Shown here: in pieces, positions 44,972 through 56,255 of the stretch
Numbering within the stretch: the stretch's first letter is position 1
Layout of the letters: every line of letters starts with the position of its first letter
Source of the DNA: Sporopachydermia quercuum
Lineage: Eukaryota
Direction of reading: 5' to 3'
Length of the DNA stretch: 64,000 nucleotides
Assembly (NCBI GenBank): GCA_001599295.1
Contig: BCGN01000006.1
Location: 1,240,001-1,304,000 of the forward strand
The notes under the pieces: generated by a model
Seen by the model: only the letters and a program-made list of their open reading frames with translations
Database searches by the model: none
What the model was told of the DNA's origin: nothing
Program-made: the position numbers and the translations under genes

Positions 44972-46738
44972 ATGTCACGTGAAACTCAAGGTGAACTGGA
45001 GTCTCGAGTGATCTGGAAAACAGGAAGCGGACCTATTCAATGCCATCTTTCGGGTTTCAGTTTACTAAATGCTCCTCTATTCAATAAAGGTACAGCTTTT
45101 ACAGAGGAAGAGAGGAAAGTATTCCAGCTCACGGGATTACTGCCAAGCGCAGTAGATACACTGGATCAACAGGTAGATAGAGCATATACTCAGTTCAAGA
45201 AGTTAGGTACTGATTTAGAGAAGAATGATTTTTGCACTAGTATGAGAGTTCAGAACAAAGTGCTGTTCTACGAATTGGTTAAACGCCATATCAAAGAAAT
45301 GTTCAGTATTATTTACACTCCAACAGAAGGTGATGCTATTATGAGATACTCTTATCTGTTCCGTAAGCCTGAGGGTTGTTTCTTGGATATCAAGAAACCA
45401 GAAGAAATCGATGAAAGATTACAATCATTTGGAACTAATGAAGACGTTGATTACATCGTAGTATCTGATGGTGAAGGTATCTTGGGAATTGGTGATCAAG
45501 GTGTCGGTGGGGTAAGAATTGCTATTGCTAAGCTAGCTCTTATGACTATCTGTGCTGGTATTCATCCTGGAAGAGGTATTCCTATAGTACTTGATGTTGG
45601 TACCAATAACAAGAAATTGGCCGATGATGATTTGTATCTAGGAAACAAATTCCCCAGAGTTCGAGGAGAAGAGTACTATAGCTTTGTTGATAAGTTTGTT
45701 CAAAGTGTAAAGAAGAACTTTCCTTCAGCGATTTTACATTTTGAAGATTTTGGCGTAACCAATGCGAGAAATATTCTTCATTCTTATCGCCAACAATTAC
45801 CATGTTTCAATGATGACATTCAAGGAACTGGTGCTGTTGTTATGAGTGCTATTACAGCAGCTTTGAAAGCTACTAAACAACAATTGAAAGATATTAAGGT
45901 AGTTGTGTTTGGAGCAGGTTCTGCTGGTTTAGGTGTTGCTGACCAAGTAGCTGCTTTCTTGATTGCCAATGGATCAACTCCTGATGAATCAAGAGCAAAG
46001 ATTAACCTTGTCGATAGGCCTGGTCTTCTATTGAAATCATTTGAAGGTACTGAAAAGATATCTTCGGCACAGCTTCCCTATGCTAAAGATGATGCTGATT
46101 GGAGAGGAATTGATACAACAAAATTATATGAGATTGTTAAGAAGGTTCACCCAAATGTGTTGATTGGATGTTCCACACAACCGAAAGCCTTTACAGAGGA
46201 AATTGTTAAAGAAATGTACAAGAATTGTCCTAATCCCATTATTTTCCCATTAAGCAATCCCACACGTTTACATGAAGCTTTCCCTGATGATTTATTGAAG
46301 TGGACTGATGGAAATGCTCTTATTGCTACTGGATCTCCATTTGAGCCAGTTAACGGAAAGGTTATTTCTGAAAACAATAACTGTTTCACCTTCCCTGGTA
46401 TTGGTCTTGGTGCTGTTCTTAGTAGATCATCATTGATTACTGATAATATGATAGCAGCTGCCGTCGAACAGTTGGCTGGTTTATCACCAATCTTGAAAGA
46501 TCCAAATGCAGGTCTTTTGCCTGAAGTAGAGCAGATCAAGGAAGTTTCTTCTTTAGTAGCTGTGGCTGTTATTAAATCTGCTCTCCAAGATGGAGTTACC
46601 AGAGTTCCTGAAGGAACCATTCCAGAATCTGACGATGAGCTTTTGGCTTGGGTCACTAGTCAGATGTGGAAAAGTGAATATAGGCCTTTGAGTAAAGTTG
46701 GTCCTGGAATCAATCTTCGTCATAGGTTTCTCAACTAA
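44972..46738 (+). CDS. MAE1: Malic enzyme (NAD(P)-dependent)
   Basis: First ATG at 44972; FNKGTAF, IIYTPTEG, ILGIGDQG, FNDDIQGTG, GAGSAG, LSNPT, ENNNCFTFPGIGLG. Confidence 0.95.
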   Translation: MSRETQGELESRVIWKTGSGPIQCHLSGFSLLNAPLFNKGTAFTEEERKVFQLTGLLPSAVDTLDQQVDRAYTQFKKLGTDLEKNDFCTSMRVQNKVLFYELVKRHIKEMFSIIYTPTEGDAIMRYSYLFRKPEGCFLDIKKPEEIDERLQSFGTNEDVDYIVVSDGEGILGIGDQGVGGVRIAIAKLALMTICAGIHPGRGIPIVLDVGTNNKKLADDDLYLGNKFPRVRGEEYYSFVDKFVQSVKKNFPSAILHFEDFGVTNARNILHSYRQQLPCFNDDIQGTGAVVMSAITAALKATKQQLKDIKVVVFGAGSAGLGVADQVAAFLIANGSTPDESRAKINLVDRPGLLLKSFEGTEKISSAQLPYAKDDADWRGIDTTKLYEIVKKVHPNVLIGCSTQPKAFTEEIVKEMYKNCPNPIIFPLSNPTRLHEAFPDDLLKWTDGNALIATGSPFEPVNGKVISENNNCFTFPGIGLGAVLSRSSLITDNMIAAAVEQLAGLSPILKDPNAGLLPEVEQIKEVSSLVAVAVIKSALQDGVTRVPEGTIPESDDELLAWVTSQMWKSEYRPLSKVGPGINLRHRFLN

Positions 46739-47394
46739 GCAAGCATCTGAAATGCTGTTAAAAGTCGTTTACTGGTTGTTCACCACTTTGATTATGAGAG
46801 CGGAAGACCTCAGTGAATGCTATGGTGATCTTCCCTTAATGATGAATGGGGTATTGAAATACTTCACTCCGAGCGGCTATTATCGGATATGTTAATAGCA
46901 ACATCTAGATACTTGTTCGCATGTTTTCAATATAAATATAGAGTTTCTACTTTCATCAGCATTCTCATTATCCTATTTCTTAGTAAAACCCTGAGGTTCC
47001 ATCCGAACACTTCCATTCATCCCACTAGATATCTTTTCCGAAATTTGTCATCTCGGAAAATATATTTCACATCTAGCTCCGTGCCGTTTTTTGTTTTCCT
47101 TTTTCCTTTAAGCAACCTCTCTTGAGACCCTCTTGCTTCCGATCACGTAATCTGTACCGTATCCCCAATTCGAAAAATTTGTCCATTTTTCAGTCACAAA
47201 CTGAATCCCATTTGAATCATCATCTTTTATTCCTCTTATACAGACAAATTGGGATATTATTAAAGCAAATCAGTAGATCAACATTATTTGAAGTCTTGAA
47301 CTACCAAAGTTTTGTTACTGTAATCTCTTACTTGAAATTGTTTGCTTAGGTAGCCGTTTTTCTTTCGATCCTCCTTGAACATCGAGCCGCTAAC

Positions 47395-47401
47395 TGAGTC
47401 A
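47395..47401. promoter_or_regulatory. Gcn4/CpcA site (TGAGTCA) upstream of TRP2
   Basis: Perfect TGASTCA about 45 bp before the ATG of an amino-acid biosynthetic gene. It overlaps a GCTAAC..CAG sequence that could instead be an intron 3' end. Confidence 0.45.
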
Positions 47402-47444
47402 GTCATTCTCTGGCACTACTCCACTCATTTCTATATCAGACAGA

Positions 47445-49001
47445 ATGGCACCTGTACAGATCCAGCCAACGCTGGAGTCCTTGAAGAGAATCATTGAAAC
47501 AGACCAAAAGGAAAACGAAACTCCTCCTAATTTATACCCTGTTTATGCATCTATCTCCGATGACTCTTTAACTCCTCATATTGCTTATCTGAAGCTTGCT
47601 AAACCCGGGAAGCCTCATGAGGACCCAAACGCCAAACCATCCTTCCTTATGGAATCAGCAAAGAATGGTGAAACCATTGATAGGTACTCTTTCATTGGCT
47701 CTAATCCTAGAAAAATGATTACGACATACGAAAAAGATGATGTGGATCCTTTGGTGTTATTAGAAGAAGAACTACGCAACTTCAAGCAAGCAAAACTACC
47801 AGGTTTACCTCCATTGAGTGGTGGTGCCATTGGTTACATTTCCTACGATTGTATTAAATATTTTGAGCCTAGAACCAAGCGGGATTTGAAAGATGTTCTG
47901 AAATTGCCTGAAGCATCTTTAATGCTTTTTGATACCATTGTTGCTTTTGATTTCGTGTTCTCTAAGATTCAAATCTTAACGAACATTCATGTGACACCTG
48001 AGTGTTCCGACTCTGAACTGAAATCATTGTACGAAGCTGCCACTAAGGAAATTGAATCAGTGATCCAACGGCTAACCGAACCAACGGAGACATTACCTTC
48101 AGTTCCCCAAGATCCTATTGAACTTGGCAATGATTTCACTTCTAATATCGGTCAAGAAGGATATGAATCACATGTCCGTACTTTGAAAGAACATATATTG
48201 AAAGGAGACATTATCCAAGCTGTTCCTTCGCAAAGAGTCGCAAGACCAACCAAACTTCATCCTTTCAACATCTACAGACATTTGCGAACCGTGAATCCTT
48301 CGCCGTACTTATTCTATATTGACTATGTTGATTTCCAAATAGTAGGGGCATCACCAGAATTACTAGTTAAATGCGAAAACGGAAGAGTGATCACCCATCC
48401 TATTGCAGGGACCATTAGAAGAGGAAAAAGCAAAGCTGAAGATGATGCTTTGGCTAATACATTATTATCGTCAGCCAAAGACAGAGCGGAGCATGTTATG
48501 CTTGTTGATCTAGCCAGAAATGATATAAATAGAGTCTGTCAGGCAGAAACAACCACTGTGGATCGTTTACTGACCATTGAAAGATTCTCCCATGTAATGC
48601 ATCTTGTTTCTCAAGTTTCTGGAGTTTTGCGACCTGATAAAACAAGATTCGATGCTTTCAGATCCATTTTCCCTGCTGGAACTGTCAGTGGAGCCCCTAA
48701 GATTAAAGCTATGGAGCTTATAAGTGAACTGGAGAAGGAAAAAAGGGGAGTTTATGCTGGTGCTGTTGGAAACTGGGGTTATAATGATCAAATAATGAAT
48801 ACCTGTATTGCTTTGAGAACTCTAGTAGTTAAAGAAGGTGTTGCATACCTTCAAGCTGGTGGTGGAATTGTATATGATTCCAATCCGTATGATGAGTATA
48901 TCGAGACTATGAATAAGATGAGACCTAATATTAATACTATCGTTGAAGCTGAGAACATTTGGGTTGAAAAAGGTGTTGAAGGTCTAGATGGTGTTCACTG
49001 A
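47445..49001 (+). CDS. TRP2: Anthranilate synthase component I
   Basis: SFLMESA, DRYSFIG, GGAIGYISYD, GDIIQAVPSQR, NPSPYLFY, HPIAGT, KDRAEHVMLVDLARND, FPAGTVSGAPK, QAGGGIVYDS. Confidence 0.97.
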   Translation: MAPVQIQPTLESLKRIIETDQKENETPPNLYPVYASISDDSLTPHIAYLKLAKPGKPHEDPNAKPSFLMESAKNGETIDRYSFIGSNPRKMITTYEKDDVDPLVLLEEELRNFKQAKLPGLPPLSGGAIGYISYDCIKYFEPRTKRDLKDVLKLPEASLMLFDTIVAFDFVFSKIQILTNIHVTPECSDSELKSLYEAATKEIESVIQRLTEPTETLPSVPQDPIELGNDFTSNIGQEGYESHVRTLKEHILKGDIIQAVPSQRVARPTKLHPFNIYRHLRTVNPSPYLFYIDYVDFQIVGASPELLVKCENGRVITHPIAGTIRRGKSKAEDDALANTLLSSAKDRAEHVMLVDLARNDINRVCQAETTTVDRLLTIERFSHVMHLVSQVSGVLRPDKTRFDAFRSIFPAGTVSGAPKIKAMELISELEKEKRGVYAGAVGNWGYNDQIMNTCIALRTLVVKEGVAYLQAGGGIVYDSNPYDEYIETMNKMRPNINTIVEAENIWVEKGVEGLDGVH

Positions 49002-49047
49002 ATAGAGAAGATGAGTGAAATTTGTAGGTATACAAATGAGCATGGTG

Positions 49048-49082
49048 CATGAAGATGGAACATGAAGATGGAACATGAAGAT
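49048..49082 (+). repeat. 13-bp tandem repeat CATGAAGATGGAA x~2.7
   Basis: Directly visible downstream of the TRP2 stop. Confidence 0.85.
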
Positions 49083-50476
49083 AGAGTACGAAGATGTATA
49101 TAAGCTTGCTCAATAGGAGGCAGTTGAGACGAATTACTATATAAAAATGATACAACGTGGTAGTTTAATGGATATTTTTGTTTATTGTCGACTAATGCTG
49201 TCGTCTAAACCCTATTTACAGTTGATACTTACTACTTCTGCTTGTACACAAACCCTTTTGCATTTGTATTTATGTCACAACTGGTCATCTATGATACTAT
49301 TCAAACAGATAGATGCTCCAAACAGCGCTATTTCACAATCCATTTTTTTTGATCCCTAGTTTTTACTGAACAATGAAAATCAGACTTTGGAGATTTGGAA
49401 CTATAAAACAGTGCTACTTAGTTTGAACGCTTTCTTCTTCTATTCAATAAATCAGGATAATCAGTTGCATGATATATTTGTCACATTCAGTTCACTTCTT
49501 GAGCAATGATAGTACGGTGCCAGTTCTTCTACATTTTTGATTTCCTTCTGTCTTCTTTCGATCTATGTTCCAAAGATTCATTCTCGCAATAAACCTAGCT
49601 TTCCAATGACATATCGTCCATCGTTTCCTATCACATCATCTGTTTGGACAACAGTTTTATTCTTTCAATTCCGCTCTTGCTATTAGTATAAATTGGTACT
49701 AGCAAGAATCATGGCTTGTCTTATCCAAATGAATTGACTGACTTTCGGTAATGACTCTATGAATGATGCTGTACAATTCCTCACTGTCTCTTCATTGATG
49801 ACGATCATTGGCTACAGTAAAGATGAAGGGAGGACGAGCGTTAGAATTCAGATATTTTTCTTCCTCCTTTGGTAGACCTATTGTTGTTTAGTTTGGGCAG
49901 TTATATTCTCTCGTAGCTTTGGTGCTTGTTTTTGATTAGCTCTAAGGCAGACTTGCAACATTAGTAGGCTTGGTTGCTTTTCGACTACAAGTTAGATCTC
50001 TAGTTGATTTACAACTTGAAGTTGATCTTGCATCAAAGAGCTGGGGTCTTGGGCGGATTTTAACGAAGGTACAGTAGANATTGACGATCATAGCAAAGGA
50101 ATACAAGAGATAAATATACTGTGTATCAAGAGAAGTCATTGATTCAGGTAATAAAAGAATGACGTAGTACTTTGAAGTAGCATTGTATTGTTAAGTAGCA
50201 TATATCACTATATTATCAATTTAAAAGCATGATATATCATAGTAATATTGGTATCAGCGTCAGAGAATTCACTGATTGTTTCGAACTTCTGTTTCGTTCA
50301 TGCTTTTAGAATATTCTCCATAATAGCTGTATACATTCTACCATCCTTCAAACAGGACAAACACTATAAATCATGCCGCCAATATTATATTATGGTACAA
50401 CTTCACTTTTCTTCTCGTGCCCTTCTATAAACAAGTTCTTGGGTCTATAACTCTATATACAATCACTATTGTCTAT

Positions 50477-51559
50477 TCAACTAATATTTTGCACTGAATC
50501 ACCATTACCAATTGCATTTCCGTTACCTTCTTTATTATCATCATTTTCCTCTTTCTTTTCTTCTTTTAATCCTAGCCATTTCAAAGAATTCTGATAACAG
50601 ATTTCTACTATTTCTTCGTCGGACTTGCCAAATAGATGTGGCAAAACCTGGGCAATCAATCCTATCTTACATGGTTCGTTTCGCGCCCTAACCACAGCGT
50701 CAACAGAATGCATCTCAGCTCTCGTAGAATTAAATGGGACATATTTTGACATTATTCCAGCTCCTTTCCGTCTACTCTCCTCGGACACTTTAGGATAAAA
50801 CTTATTAGGAGCTTCCGTCATATACTTCATGGCTGCACTGCTGGCTCTTATTTCACACCAGGGAGCATCAGTTTCAATGATCAGCTTCTCAACAGGGATT
50901 CTCCTTATAGCATCAAGGCTCTCTTCCGTTTTTAGNGAACAGCCATTGATGCTTATATAGAAACCAAGTTTTGCCAGCTCTTCAGCTTCCTCTCCTGTTC
51001 CAGTGAATGAATGAACACACAGGTGACGAGTCAGCCTTGGCAAGAATGGTTTGATGATAGATACGAAATCGCGGTGAGCAGCTCGAGAATGAAGAAATAA
51101 AGGCAAATCCAGCGTTGTAGCAAGTTTTAGCTGCTCTTTAAATGCGAATATTTGAGCCTCTTTGGACGCATGGTATAGTCTATCATAATCAAGACCTAAT
51201 TCACCAAATGCTAATACATGGCCTGTGGAGACACCTTTCAGTACTAGGTCTTTTAGCTTAGTCAAATACTCTGTTGGATCTGGAGATGGTATTTCAGTTG
51301 CCATACATGGATGAACACCAACTGTTGAATAGAGCTTACAGCCAATAGAATTGAGATTCTCGTCACAAGCAAGCTCTAGGGCTTCTTGCGACTCTTGATA
51401 AGAACTGCCGGTAATGAGCATACCTTTCACTCCGATTGACAGAGCACGAGATATAACAGAAGGGATGTCAGAGACGTGTTTATGATGTTTGTTATAATGG
51501 CCAGCAAACATTGGGTCCGTGAGGTTCACGCCAATGTCGAAATAACGGAACTTGGACAT
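50477..51559 (-). CDS. TatD-family DNase
   Basis: YFDIGVNLTDPMF, STVGVHP, GELGLDYDRL, PLFLHSR, VHSFTG, ETDAPWC, RNEP. Confidence 0.95.
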   Translation of the reverse strand: MSKFRYFDIGVNLTDPMFAGHYNKHHKHVSDIPSVISRALSIGVKGMLITGSSYQESQEALELACDENLNSIGCKLYSTVGVHPCMATEIPSPDPTEYLTKLKDLVLKGVSTGHVLAFGELGLDYDRLYHASKEAQIFAFKEQLKLATTLDLPLFLHSRAAHRDFVSIIKPFLPRLTRHLCVHSFTGTGEEAEELAKLGFYISINGCXLKTEESLDAIRRIPVEKLIIETDAPWCEIRASSAAMKYMTEAPNKFYPKVSEESRRKGAGIMSKYVPFNSTRAEMHSVDAVVRARNEPCKIGLIAQVLPHLFGKSDEEIVEICYQNSLKWLGLKEEKKEENDDNKEGNGNAIGNGDSVQNIS

Positions 51560-54500
51560 TGTTGACCTGATGAACGGATGAATGAGTGGGTAGTGTTGCT
51601 ATGGTGAGCCTTGTTCTCGTGAATGGAAAGACAATGTCTATAGAAGTTTGAAGCTAGTGAAAATAGATTATTTATTCTGTTTTAATGTATAATAATATGT
51701 CATTAACGGTAGTAACGAAATATGGGCTGATCTAGTGCCTGGGCTAGATTTACTCGGTTTCTATGTAAGCTTGACCATATAACCACTTTTAGCAAAGTTG
51801 CTATCAAAATTGTTTTAAAGGTTAGGTTTATCTTATCACAGGTAGATGGTTTGTTAGTTGATTGACTCAGTTGATAAACCACTGATTTCCACCGGAGTAG
51901 TTAGAGAATATGCGCTATGGCCCTCAAACGACAAAAACGGCCATGGTTTAAAGGAGGTTCTAGGGGTGAAGAGAAGTTGCGGTGTAACACCCCGTGTGCC
52001 AGAACTATCTATGCATGCGGTTCTGTGGTTGTAAAAGAGTTAGTTCTCCATCGTGTGCTCAATCACGTGGTCTGGTACGGCATGACAATTGATTTTTCAT
52101 TTCCTCAGTTCCTTTTGCTTGATTATTAGTTTCATTACAGTGAAGACTTGTACATTGGATTTCAAACCTATGCGAAGTGAGACAGAAAACGTTGTGCTAA
52201 TGCCGTACACTTTTGTATGGCACTNATATTTATCTTTCTTGATATATCTATCAAGAAAGATCAATCAATCAATCAATCAATCAACAAACCATAACTGATG
52301 CAAATAAAGAGAATCTATCTGTACGTCCTTTGTTTTGCTCTTTTGTTTTCCTCCTTTGTTTTACTCCTTTGTCTTCCTTGTCAGACATTCTCTGTATTTC
52401 ATGTCTTGGTTGCCCATATACTTAAGGCATTCTGAATGTGAAAGAAATAGAAGGATACAAAAGGAAATTCTACACGCTTCACGACGCATTCAATCGAGGC
52501 TGATTCGGATGAATTAAGATGTATGAGATGCCCATTTACAAACTGAAAAGTTTTAATTCGACATTTGAAATAGAATGAAATGCAACCAAATTTAGAATTA
52601 GGAAAACAGGATGAGGACAGATAAGGATCAGAAATGAGATGAGATGAGACGACAGACGCATCATAACTTGTTGTTTGAACGAAGACGATCAGGTAAAATG
52701 CTGTTAATAGTCACATACGTACACATATGTATCGAATAGAACAGCTGTTCGCATTTATGAATTGTTCAATTAACACATTATGTCCATTAAATGGCTTTGT
52801 AGTCAAAGAAATATAATGACGCCCGCGAAACAATGTGCCTGTCATGTTCTGTCTCATCATCTTATCATCAGCACATCTCTCATACTATGCTTCTCATTAT
52901 GCTAGCTCTCGTCGGAAGTGAGAGAGTTAGAAGTATCTGATCAATATCCCAACAATCACTTCGGATAAATTCAACTCTTCTACGTTAAATCTTCATTTAT
53001 TCCTTTTGAATGATGTAAGTGAGTAACAAGTAAGCAAACCATATGCGCGCCAAGCTCATCGTAGTGGTGGGGGGCTAGCTGATTATGGCAGTCGTTTTAT
53101 CGGTTCGCTGCATTACATTCCAATGTAAATATGGACGCATGGTGAAAGCGTATCTTCTAATTGGGAAATAATGCACAGTTACGAAAAGAACGAAATGAGC
53201 TTTTTGAATGTTACCACGATTAGACGGATATGATTAAATAAAAGCAAAAATAGGGCTTTGAGGATATTGTATTACACAGTGTTGCAGGACAAAGAGAAAG
53301 AGCAAAATAAAAAGTGTGTTCTCATTTGAATTATGTGAAGTTTCGTATAGGTTTTATTAGGGTCTAAACGCATTACGATACGTTAGTTCATTTGTTATAT
53401 ATGAATTAAAGAAGGAGTATCAATTCGTTGGGATTAGTAGCTAAAATAGTTGGATAGCGAGAATGTTGAGAGATCCTTTTCGCAATGGGAGTTTGATAAT
53501 AAGTTAATGGGATAATAAATTGTTGAAGAAGTAGAATCTATTGAGGCTATGAAGGATTGATTGATTGCCATGATAGGCAAAGTACGTAGAACAGGAATTA
53601 TTAGAATCACTTGAAATTCAATCGTCAATACTTACAGCAGTATCATTGCTAGTGATTCTTCTATTCTTTTGCTGGCCTATAAAACGTTCTTCTAAATTGA
53701 TTTATTCTATAAATCCGTTTCACTCCCATCATAATGTAACGATCTACTTTAACCACATCATCACCCATTCCATTTCTTAGCTGATGATTCTGACAGACCA
53801 ATAGTTTTAAATGACCAGTTTGCTAAATATTCAAATTTTGTCTTTTCTTGTCTTGTCTTAGTTGAATGGAATAATGTACAAGACATGACTAATAACTACT
53901 TCATCGGCAAACCTACCGCAAATTGAACAATAGCTATTTCCAATAAGTTTATTTCTTAATTTGGCATGTTTGCAAAAGACATCCCTAAATGTCAGGGTTA
54001 GTATTGCAATAGAATTATAGTGTCTTAGATGTGAATTAATGGTGACATGGATTATTTTGAAGGTCATATCAAGTATCGAGATGAGATTGTCAATCTAGTT
54101 GATGAGGAAATGATAGACTCGATACGATACAGTACGATATGGTAGCATGAATCGGAAGAGATCAATGGAAGATGGTATGAATAGCGTAGTATAAAATAGT
54201 GTTCAATTCAAAACGAAGAAGTACCAAAATAGTGATAGTNAGTGGTAAGTCATTACAATAGTAAACCATATTAGAAAGTTAATAGTTTAACTTTCAGTCG
54301 GTTCATTGAAGACCATCTGTCAAAAATCAGAGTTAAGTAAGCTTGCATAATCATGAAAGAGTCGACTTGTGATTTGTGGGTTCTATGTTAGTCGGTTGGT
54401 AATTGCCATAGTGAAAAGAGGTTGACTTCATTGATAATAAGAGATTGATAGATAGATTGAAACTAATAAGTCAAAACTGATAATGATAAAAAGGTTTCCA

Positions 54501-55226
54501 CTCACATATTTCATTCGAAAGAACTTTCAAGGATGAGATGATCGAATAATGTTGCTGCACTAACATTTGAGTAGCCCATTTTTTCACCTAATTCAACCAA
54601 ACCTAACTAAGGATGAAGAGATAACCGATCGAATCCCCTGTTTCAACTAATGGAATCAGAGTGTCAACAAATAATACAAACTCAAGTTCACGGAGTTGCC
54701 TATTTCGTTAATTTGTTACATGACATTTGTTCTTCATTTACCTTAAATCTATCCGTACATGGTTTGACAATTCTAACGTTGTAAACTTTATTCGATAAAC
54801 TCTCTTAATCCATCGTAGAAGAATTTAAAAAAACTGGAATTCTGCATTCATTGAAAAAAAGAAAGAAAAATCCGACAAAGGCAAATGTATCCTAGTGTCA
54901 ATGCAGGGAATAAGTTACAGCCTTCAGAAGATTGGGGTAATTGAGAGGGTAGATGATTATACAAAACCTGGCCAAAATTTTTATTGTATAGAACGACTAT
55001 ATGAATAAAAAGAAATAGAAGAATAAAGAATAATATAACATAAGAGTAAAAAGGGTAATTCTGGACTCCGTTGAAAGAGAAACCGTACTCCTACCTCTGC
55101 ATTTCGTTTAGTTCGATTCCTACCGGGAGAGAAGTAGATGAATATCAAAGTAAATAGAAAGTAAAATCACACAAAAAATAAAATATAAACCCGTTATACC
55201 ATAGTCAAGTGAAATTGATTCTGTCT

Positions 55227-56255
55227 CTAGTAGTGTAGCAGGTTAGCTAGAGAAGGAATTTTGTGAGAATAAGAATCAGTAGTTCTGGTGAGAGAATCAA
55301 ATGATGGTAAAGTAGTACCTGTTGCTAGAGGAAGAGAGGAGATTGGCGGTAGAACAGGCCCTTCATTGATACTGCTATTGAGAAGAGATTGTATTGAAGA
55401 TGGTGATGACCTAACTCTTTTTGATCTCGACGATGTTGTTGAATAATGTGAATCAAAGTTCATTGAGGCGGAAATAGAACTCGAAGTAGAAATACTATTG
55501 ATAGTAGCAATTGAACTTGTGCTTGAACTTGCGCTTGAACTTGCGCTTGAACTTGTGCCTAAACTTGTGCTTGAATTAGCGCTTGAGATATTCCGCAGCT
55601 CATTGAATCTAGTTCGCAATTCAGCCTCGGATCTACTTGGTAATAATACATTGATCTCTTCAAATCGTAGTGAAGGTGCAGCTATGATTTCATCTTCGTC
55701 TTGAGACCAACTTCCAGAACCAGCTGTAAATTGGTTGTTTTGTTCAGAAGGAGATGAGGCACCAGCAGTAGTGGCACTCTTACTTTCTGGTAGCGTAGCT
55801 GGCGATGGTATATCTTTGACTTTAGATGTGCTGATCATGGAATTAGGAGTACCAGGAGCTGGAGACTGGTTAGCTGATGATGTGGTTGAGGNCTGTTTAA
55901 CAGAGCCAGACATTAGCCGTCGCCATCGAAATTGACAAGCATTTGGAGTTCTGGTGCTGAAATGTGATGCGATTTCCTTCCATCCCAGTTTCTTCTCTTC
56001 TTTTAAAAACCTTAGCAGAATATCATCTTGTGGATCCCAAGATGATGGAGGTTTGGATGATTTCTTTACTGTTGCCGCTGCTGGCTTGTCTGTGTTGGTT
56101 GTTAGTAATGAGGATGAGGACGATGACTTCTTGGCAGCTTTACTTGTGCTAGTACCTGTAGTAGAACTTGGTGATAACGCTTCTGGTAAAGGTGTTGATC
56201 CGAACGCTTGCAGCTGAGGTTGAGGTTGAAAAGCTATAGTTGACATAGTCGACAT
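55227..56255 (-). CDS. DOT6: Myb/SANT transcription factor, Dot6/Tod6-like
   Basis: ATG at 56255; SSWDPQDDILLRFLKEEKKLGWKEIASHFSTRTPNACQFRWRRL plus a degenerate second repeat WSQDEDEII; Ser-rich elsewhere. Confidence 0.7.
   Translation of the reverse strand: MSTMSTIAFQPQPQLQAFGSTPLPEALSPSSTTGTSTSKAAKKSSSSSSLLTTNTDKPAAATVKKSSKPPSSWDPQDDILLRFLKEEKKLGWKEIASHFSTRTPNACQFRWRRLMSGSVKQXSTTSSANQSPAPGTPNSMISTSKVKDIPSPATLPESKSATTAGASSPSEQNNQFTAGSGSWSQDEDEIIAAPSLRFEEINVLLPSRSEAELRTRFNELRNISSANSSTSLGTSSSASSSASSSTSSIATINSISTSSSISASMNFDSHYSTTSSRSKRVRSSPSSIQSLLNSSINEGPVLPPISSLPLATGTTLPSFDSLTRTTDSYSHKIPSLANLLHY

Noticed and set aside
47445..49001. Alternative CUG decoding (Ser/Ala clades)
   Set aside because: CTG codons fall at conserved Leu positions in TRP2 (DVLKLPE, DRLLTIE), supporting the standard code.
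49400..50200. Short minus-strand ORF 49942-50139 and neighbouring fragments
   Set aside because: No recognisable homology or consistent exon chain.
1011..56217. Antisense or overlapping ORFs (e.g. 1011-1613, 11370-11759, 27583-28035, 33756-34211, 46147-46656, 55954-56217)
   Set aside because: Shadow frames of genuine genes, with low-complexity translations.
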